The position numbers and the translations under genes were made by a program. A stretch of 32,554 nucleotides of DNA from a virus (taxonomy: Duplodnaviria > Caudoviricetes), in IMG/VR virus record IMGVR_UViG_3300037755_000635, positions 1-32,554 of that record; one strand, given 5' to 3'. Of the stretch, positions 27,798-32,554 are shown piece by piece. The notes below the pieces were generated by a model. That model ran no database searches, was not told the origin of the DNA, and worked only from the letters and a program-made list of their open reading frames with translations. Positions within the stretch are counted from its first letter, which is position 1; every line of letters begins with the position of its first letter.

Positions 27798-27962
27798 ATG
27801 GATCAAAAACGTAAGCCTACGATCTACGAAGCGTTGCGCGACAAGCTGGGCCGCGAGCCTACGCGCGATGAACTCCGCGCCGATGTACGGCGGATATTGG
27901 AAGACGGCACGCGCGAGCGTGCGGAGAAAGGGAAATTGTCTTGGCAACGTAAAAGATCATAG
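27798..27962 (+). CDS. Small conserved phage protein
   Basis: 54 aa MDQKRKPTIYEALRDKLGREPTRDELRADVRRIL...; AAGGA RBS. Confidence 0.75.
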   Translation: MDQKRKPTIYEALRDKLGREPTRDELRADVRRILEDGTRERAEKGKLSWQRKRS

Positions 27963-28012
27963 CGCAATCGGGCATTGGCGACAGTGCCCGACTCGCTGCG
28001 ATCGAATGCGGC
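27960..28012 (+). repeat. Intergenic two-state RNA element, copy 2
   Basis: TAGCG-CAA-TCGGGCATTG-GCGA-CAGTGCCCGA-CT-CGCTGCG-ATCGAA-TGCGGC. Confidence 0.75.
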
Positions 28013-28036
28013 ACAACGAAGCGAAAGGTAAAGGCA

Positions 28037-28123
28037 ATGTTCGAATTCATCTGCTTGATCGTCATGCTCTGGGGCTTGGCGATGATCGTCAAACTGTGGT
28101 GGCAGGGCGAGAAGTTTTGGTGA
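28037..28123 (+). CDS. Small single-pass membrane peptide
   Basis: MFEFICLIVMLWGLAMIVKLWWQGEKFW (28 aa); AAAGG upstream; fills the slot between two hairpins. Confidence 0.6.
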   Translation: MFEFICLIVMLWGLAMIVKLWWQGEKFW

Positions 28124-28164
28124 CGTGATCCAGGCCGCGAGGCTTGGTGAAGGGAGGACGATCA

Positions 28165-28641
28165 ATGCAATTCATCTATGACGACGGCGGCCGCGCTACG
28201 GCCGGATTCAAAGGTGACGCGGGCGACTGCGTTACACGCGCCGTGGCGATTGCTGCGCAGCTTCCCTATGCGGAGGTCTACGCAGCGTTGTCGAAAGGCT
28301 GCAAGACGCAGCGATTGACGAAGCGTTCGCGTGCCAAATCGTCGGCGCGTGATGGCGTGAACACGCGGCGGAAATGGTTCCGCGACTACATGGCGTCGAT
28401 CGGTTTGGTTTGGACCCCGACCATGCTGATCGGCCAAGGCTGCAAGGTGCATCTGCACGACGACGAGTTGCCCAATGGGCGCCTGATCGTCGCCGTCAGC
28501 AAGCACTATACGGCCGTCATCGACGGCGTGATCCGTGACACGCACGATCCGCAGCGCAACGACGTCTGGGTCGATGCCGACGGCGTGCAGCGCATCATGC
28601 GCCGTTGCGTGTACGGCTATTGGCGACAGGTGACGCAATGA
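28165..28641 (+). CDS. Conserved phage protein with possible Cys-His-Asp (papain-like) triad
   Basis: GDCVTRAVAIA...HYTAVIDGVIRDTHD...VYGYW; GGGAGG RBS preceded by a 7-bp GCGA-loop hairpin (28130-28147). Confidence 0.75.
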   Translation: MQFIYDDGGRATAGFKGDAGDCVTRAVAIAAQLPYAEVYAALSKGCKTQRLTKRSRAKSSARDGVNTRRKWFRDYMASIGLVWTPTMLIGQGCKVHLHDDELPNGRLIVAVSKHYTAVIDGVIRDTHDPQRNDVWVDADGVQRIMRRCVYGYWRQVTQ

Positions 28642-28844
28642 TGAACTATCAGCAAGCAATGCGCTGGATCAACGCGGCCGACACGCCGCCATTGCTCAAG
28701 GCCGCGGCGAGAATCAAGCAAGCCGCGTTGCTGCGGGAGTATGCCGGCGTGATCGCCATGCAGGATGAGCCGGTCAGGCACGCGGCGCTCGTGGTGGTGT
28801 TTGTGGATGCGTGCAGCAACGTTGCGATTGCGCATGCGGCGTGA
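28638..28844 (+). CDS. Hypothetical protein
   Basis: 68 aa; ATGA coupling to the upstream gene. Confidence 0.6.
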   Translation: MMNYQQAMRWINAADTPPLLKAAARIKQAALLREYAGVIAMQDEPVRHAALVVVFVDACSNVAIAHAA

Positions 28845-28874
28845 CGTGCGTGACGCGGCGTTGAATGGAGAATC

Positions 28875-28902
28875 CCCCGAGGGAGCGCAAGCGACCGAGG
28901 GG
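28875..28902 (+). other. Hairpin with two tandem GA mismatches and GCAA tetraloop
   Basis: CCCC-GA-GG-GA-GC-GCAA-GC-GA-CC-GA-GGGG. Confidence 0.65.
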
Positions 28903-28944
28903 CGGTGAAGGGCGATTGTCGCCTGACGAGGGAGAACTGGTGTT

Positions 28945-29139
28945 ATGGCAGATAGAATAGTCTCAAGCAGCGAAGCGCACGACATGTCCGAGGGATGGAT
29001 GAAGGACAATCCGGAGCTGGCGGGAAAGGCATTATTGCAATTCTTCCGCGAGCATCCGCCCGAAGAATGGAATTTGACGATCCGACGCGCGTTCATGCCG
29101 GGCATGTTTCTGACGCTTAGCGCGGTGCGTAAAAAGTAA
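28945..29139 (+). CDS. Hypothetical protein
   Basis: 64 aa; GGGAGAA RBS. Confidence 0.65.
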   Translation: MADRIVSSSEAHDMSEGWMKDNPELAGKALLQFFREHPPEEWNLTIRRAFMPGMFLTLSAVRKK

Positions 29140-29208
29140 CAGGCCGAAACGCGCGTTAGGAGAATTTTAACGCGCGTCTGCGAGTGTGGCTCGCACTGAC
29201 GAGGCTGT
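29139..29208 (+). ncRNA. Hammerhead ribozyme, type II
   Basis: ACAGGCC-GAAA-CGCGCGTTA(loop)TAACGCGCG-TC^-TGCGAG(TGTGG)CTCGCA-CTGACGA-GGCTGT. All core nucleotides are present; stem III 10 bp, stem I 6 bp, stem II closed by the ends; predicted cut after C29178. Confidence 0.93.
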
Positions 29209-29235
29209 CGGAGTGCAATAGGGAGAATGAAGACA

Positions 29236-29568
29236 ATGTCTAATGATTTTGTACCAGCTAAAAAAGGCGACGTCGTGGCAATTCGCGTAAGGGCCGCGAA
29301 TCACGATGCAGCGCGCCCCGAATGGTGGCTTCTTGCGTGGGTGGAACGTTCTTCGCGCGCAGGAAAAGTGCGCGATGTGCGTCTTGCCGGGCAATACGGC
29401 ACATTGCCTGCCTCAGCCATCGGGCAGGTTTATGCTATTGGAAATTCAGAGAAGCAGCGACTTGCGCGCAAGCTTGCGCAAGGGATGAAATATCCCGGCG
29501 TGACGTTCGACACGGATACGGAGCTCAAAGACGCGATTATGAATGCGGACGGCGGCGCGGCGGATTGA
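29236..29568 (+). CDS. Hypothetical protein downstream of the ribozyme
   Basis: 110 aa from ATG 29236 (best spacing to GGGAG; alternative start 29227). Confidence 0.7.
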   Translation: MSNDFVPAKKGDVVAIRVRAANHDAARPEWWLLAWVERSSRAGKVRDVRLAGQYGTLPASAIGQVYAIGNSEKQRLARKLAQGMKYPGVTFDTDTELKDAIMNADGGAAD

Positions 29569-29571
29569 CCA

Positions 29572-29622
29572 CAGCTAGCGCGCACCGCGAACGATGCGCG
29601 TCATGCTGCGATCATGTGCAGC
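29572..29622 (+). repeat. Intergenic two-state RNA element, copy 3
   Basis: CAGC-TA-GCGCGCACCG-CGAA-CGATGCGCGT-CAT-GCTGCG-ATCATG-TGCAGC, then TTGAAGGGAGAA. Confidence 0.75.
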
Positions 29623-29644
29623 GATTGAAGGGAGAACTATTCCA

Positions 29645-29950
29645 ATGAGTGAACCACTGACAGACGTGATATTTCGCGTTTGGTGCAAGGATGGCGACGT
29701 AATCGCGTTGTTTCCGGGTATCGCTGGGGATTACAGCGCGGGAACGTGCGACAGCTTTCAACACATTGGCCAGCATGGCGCGGCCAGTCTCAATTTAATG
29801 CGCGCACTCACGCGCCCGGCCTTGCCGCGTGAATTCGCGGATTTGAAGCGCGAACTGGAATCGGCGCCTTACAAATATCGCTTGCGCATCATCAAGCGCA
29901 CAACGCGGCGGCACTTCAAAGAGCGTCAAGCGCAATTACAGCGTGCCTAG
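29645..29950 (+). CDS. Conserved phage early protein
   Basis: 101 aa; VIFRVW...VIALFP...SFQHIGQH...TRPA...LKRELES pattern; GAAGGGAGAA RBS. Confidence 0.75.
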   Translation: MSEPLTDVIFRVWCKDGDVIALFPGIAGDYSAGTCDSFQHIGQHGAASLNLMRALTRPALPREFADLKRELESAPYKYRLRIIKRTTRRHFKERQAQLQRA

Positions 29951-30000
29951 CGCATCGGGCGTGGTCCGCCGCGCCCCTTGCGCTGTGCATGTCGCGCGGC
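29948..30000 (+). repeat. Intergenic two-state RNA element, copy 4
   Basis: TAGCGCA-TC-GGGCGTGG-TCCG-CCGCGCCC-CT-TGCGCTGTGC-ATGTC-GCGCGGC, then TTGAAGGGAGAA. Confidence 0.75.
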
Positions 30001-30021
30001 AATTGAAGGGAGAATAACGCA

Positions 30022-30372
30022 ATGCCACAACTGAACAACCCCACGCGCGCCCATTTGCGCGTGGTCGCCAACAACGCCGCGATCGCCAAGCCGCGCGACT
30101 ATCGCGGCGAACCGGACTTCACCCGGGAGTATTTTATTCGCGCGCTCGAAGGCCGCGCGGATATGGACCTCTACAGCGGCCGGACGCTGATTAGCGCGTT
30201 CGTGCTGGGTGAAACGGACTATGCCCGGCATGAAGCGTTGCGCAGTGCGTATGCGCTGGCTGTGTGGGAGGATGCCGACGGCGCCGTGTTCCATTGCACG
30301 ATGGATCGCGCGGCGTATGGCGCGTGGGTGAGCAAGGCGTGTGACGCGCTTGACGACGAAGAAGACGAGTAG
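30022..30372 (+). CDS. Hypothetical protein
   Basis: 116 aa with acidic tail; GAAGGGAGAA RBS. Confidence 0.7.
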   Translation: MPQLNNPTRAHLRVVANNAAIAKPRDYRGEPDFTREYFIRALEGRADMDLYSGRTLISAFVLGETDYARHEALRSAYALAVWEDADGAVFHCTMDRAAYGAWVSKACDALDDEEDE

Positions 30373-30373
30373 G

Positions 30374-30430
30374 ACCATTGCGCTAGGGCGCATCGTTCGC
30401 GGTGCGCCCGTCGCAGCGGTTTTGAGCTGC
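30374..30430 (+). repeat. Intergenic two-state RNA element, copy 5 (covaried)
   Basis: ACCATTGCG-CTA-GGGCGCATCG-TTCG-CGGTGCGCCC-GT-CGCAGC-GGTTTTGA-GCTGC. Confidence 0.75.
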
Positions 30431-30454
30431 ATGTGGAGAAAGGGAGAACTGACT

Positions 30455-31018
30455 ATGACGACGAAGACGACGAAAGCGCCGCGTGAGGAAATCACGGAGC
30501 GCGATTGCGACGAGCTGGTGCGGCGTGAGGTGATGTGCTGCGTGAGTGGGATTGTGAGCGTGCTTGCCGGCGGATATGGATTTGTTACATCGCAAGCCAA
30601 ACGTCACGGCTTGGTCGACGGCGGCAATGAACTGGCGGCGTTGTGTGAACAAGCCATGGAACTCGCCGCGCCGGTCGACGACTGGGAAGAAGCGGCGATT
30701 CAGGCTGGGTGGCGCGATAGCGGCACGGTTGAATTTTCTCATGCCGAAACCGGCCGCGTGGAAATCGGCGACAACTGGCGCGAGCTGTGCGAATCCGAAG
30801 GCATCGAACCCTATCAGCGCGAAGTCTTCGAGCACTGGGCCGTTTCGTTCTGGCTCGCCGATGCCCTCGAAGCGGAAGGCGAAAAGGTGGACCGCGATTT
30901 CCAGGGCCTCAATGTCTGGGCGCGCACCACGACCGGCTAGGGGATCGCGTCGGACGGTGTGATTCGCCGGGTGATCGAAGCGGCGCGGACGCGCGTCGCG
31001 GCATTCGCGGCGAACTGA
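30455..31018 (+). CDS. Conserved acidic phage protein with an in-frame TAG at 30938-30940 (nonsense allele or readthrough)
   Basis: ATG 30455; EVFEHWAVSFWLA...VWARTTTG*GIASDGVIRRVI...; the frame continues 25 codons to TGA 31016-31018, just before the next intergenic element. Confidence 0.7.
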
Positions 31019-31022
31019 CGAA

Positions 31023-31087
31023 CGAGCATAGCCTAAAGACGCATCCCGCACGTGCGTGGTGCGTCTCCGGCTGCGCTCGGACGTGGT
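31023..31087 (+). repeat. Intergenic two-state RNA element, copy 6
   Basis: CGAGCATAGCC-TAA-AGACGCATC-...-GGTGCGTCT-CC-GGCTGCG-CTCGGA-CGTGGT, then AAAGGGAGAA. Confidence 0.7.
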
Positions 31088-31110
31088 ATAGCAAAGGGAG
31101 AACAAAGCAA

Positions 31111-31440
31111 ATGGGAACGATCACGCGCCATACGCACCGGGACGTCATCAAAGACGTTCGGGACCGTTGGCAATATCAATATCGGATGTGGGGCTCTGAC
31201 GAAGCGGTGCAAGTCACGAATGGCCCGCGCAAGATCGGTACCATCCGCCGCGCGTTGAGGGCACTCGACCTTGAAACTTGTTCGGCCGAAGACGTCGATG
31301 CCGCGATCGGGCGCCCCGGGTGGGTCGCGCTTACATGCGACGTCTGCAACAAGGATCAAGACGAGATTTTGCACATCGAATCCGAAAGCGAGCGCGCGGT
31401 CGATGTGTGTTTCGAGTGCGCTCGCACGGCAATGAAATAG
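31111..31440 (+). CDS. Hypothetical Zn-finger protein
   Basis: 109 aa; CDVC...CFEC; AAAGGGAGAA RBS. Confidence 0.75.
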   Translation: MGTITRHTHRDVIKDVRDRWQYQYRMWGSDEAVQVTNGPRKIGTIRRALRALDLETCSAEDVDAAIGRPGWVALTCDVCNKDQDEILHIESESERAVDVCFECARTAMK

Positions 31441-31457
31441 CAAAGGGAGAACAGCAA

Positions 31458-31571
31458 ATGTTTCATTCGAAATTCGTCAAATTCATGCGCGCGGGCGTGC
31501 TCGATATCGTCGCATGGGCGTGCGTGGCGTTCATGTTCGGCGCCTGGCTTACGCAACAGGTGGTGCAATGA
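31458..31571 (+). CDS. Small single-pass membrane peptide
   Basis: MFHSKFVKFMRAGVLDIVAWACVAFMFGAWLTQQVVQ (37 aa); strong RBS; ATGA coupling downstream. Confidence 0.65.
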   Translation: MFHSKFVKFMRAGVLDIVAWACVAFMFGAWLTQQVVQ

Positions 31572-31966
31572 CCGGCGCGCAATTGTCGGTCGCGCGGGCG
31601 AAGGATCGCGCGGCGATGCTTGACCTGCTCGTTCAGCTCGCCATGCAGCATGGGCCGTATTGGGTATGCACCAGCCGCCAAGTCGGCCGGCGCATCGTCG
31701 TGACGTTCCACGGCCCGCGCGGCCTGACCATGAGCGTCAATCTCGACGGAGACAGCCCACAGGCGCGACGCGGCGTGTTTGTGCTTTCATGGCATGGGGT
31801 CAAAGAACCGTATCGGCTGCGGCAATCGTTCGCCCACGATGTGAACCCGTATCACAACCACAAAGCCACGGATGTTTGTGGCTCGTTCGACGGGGTGTTG
31901 CGTATCCTGCCGGCGCGGCTGCAATCGGCGATCGATGGGAGCGCGTTCCAATGCCCGAATCCGTGA
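31568..31966 (+). CDS. Hypothetical protein
   Basis: 132 aa from MTGAQLSV; ...SWH...VNPYHNHKAT motif. Confidence 0.7.
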   Translation: MTGAQLSVARAKDRAAMLDLLVQLAMQHGPYWVCTSRQVGRRIVVTFHGPRGLTMSVNLDGDSPQARRGVFVLSWHGVKEPYRLRQSFAHDVNPYHNHKATDVCGSFDGVLRILPARLQSAIDGSAFQCPNP

Positions 31967-32169
31967 AAATGACCAAAGCCTTGCAAAAGGCTTTGGATTG
32001 GCTCGCGGCGCACAACGGCGAAGGCCATTTCGGCGGCGCGGGCAACACGCTCATGGCGGCGGGAGAAATCGCGCCGTTCATGCGTTCGACGTGGAATCGT
32101 TTGGAAGTCTTGGGGAAGGTGAAATTCTCTCACGGCCGCAAGCGTATTCAGCTCGTGCGCCCCGAATGA
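31951..32169 (+). CDS. Small hypothetical protein (possibly winged-helix-like)
   Basis: 72 aa from MPESVKMTKALQKALDWL; GGGAG RBS. Confidence 0.65.
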   Translation: MPESVKMTKALQKALDWLAAHNGEGHFGGAGNTLMAAGEIAPFMRSTWNRLEVLGKVKFSHGRKRIQLVRPE

Positions 32170-32554
32170 TTCGCGCGGTTATTTTTGCGTGCACGGCGGC
32201 CATCGCTGCCGCGCTGCACCATTCGCGCGTCGTTGCCTTCAACCCGACGGCGCCGGGCGTGGAGCCATTGCCGTTCGCCGACGAACTCGCGCGACAAGGC
32301 GAGGCCACGCGCGTCAAATCGTTGAGCTATGAGGATCATGTTTTCCTCGCGCGCACGATCTTCGGCGAATGCGCCCGCTGCGGCCGCGACGAACAAACCG
32401 CTATTATTTATGTGGTTATTAATAGACTCCGCACCGGGCGATATGGCGCGAACATTGGCGACGTGGTGACATTCTCGCGCGGCCGGACCTTCGCATTCTC
32501 AACCTGGAGCCCGCACAGCGCGTCTAATTTCAACGAGGCCACAGGGAGCCACGT
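32166..32554 (+). CDS. SleB/Hydrolase_2-family cell wall hydrolase, partial (runs off right edge)
   Basis: Manual translation: hydrophobic N-terminus MIRAVIFACTAAIAAAL, then FLARTIFGE...AIIYVVINR...YGANIGDVV...AFSTW, matching the SleB pattern with catalytic Glu and (Q/A)FS.W. Confidence 0.8.
   Translation, partial: MIRAVIFACTAAIAAALHHSRVVAFNPTAPGVEPLPFADELARQGEATRVKSLSYEDHVFLARTIFGECARCGRDEQTAIIYVVINRLRTGRYGANIGDVVTFSRGRTFAFSTWSPHSASNFNEATGSH

Noticed and set aside
28911-28940. Second hammerhead at CTGACGA-GGGA
   Set aside because: A CUGACGA and a small preceding hairpin are present, but there is no correctly placed GAAA, stem III or UH site. At most a decayed remnant.
27729-31087. Intergenic hairpins as a CRISPR array or integron attC sites
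   Set aside because: Copies are not sequence-identical and are separated by whole genes. They lack RYYYAAC/GTTRRRY ends, and no cas or integron integrase gene is in the window.
27729-31087. Intergenic hairpins as intrinsic terminators
   Set aside because: They lack a U-tract directly after the stem (only a short TTTT in one copy) and are followed by a second pairing partner and an RBS.
27960-31440. Genome-wide TAG=Gln recoding
   Set aside because: Several genes end in TAG directly before spacer elements or an RBS (27962, 29950, 30372, 31440), and the long late genes have no internal TAG.

Overview
The window is about 32.5 kb of a GC-rich tailed dsDNA phage or prophage with podovirus-like gene order. 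The host is probably an alphaproteobacterium (inferred from gene content). From ~27.3 kb leftwards, the minus strand carries a DUF1376-type replication gene, a non-coding ori-like region, an RHH regulator, DUF1937, DnaJ-domain and OmpR/CtrA-like wHTH genes, and then large terminase, portal, scaffold, major capsid, a repeat-rich virion protein, adaptor, nozzle, a GNAT-like protein, three ejection proteins and two paralogous tail-fibre-like proteins. The last fibre gene runs off the left edge and is missing from the ORF track. From ~27.4 kb rightwards, the plus strand carries an early-type operon of small genes ending in a SleB-like cell-wall hydrolase that runs off the right edge. The strongest signal is in the spacers of this early operon. 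Six of them hold copies of one covarying two-state RNA structure, with a half copy at the predicted transcript start, and one holds a consensus type II hammerhead ribozyme (29139-29208). Together these suggest a gene-by-gene mRNA processing system. Product names come from motif recognition and gene position only; no database search was run.
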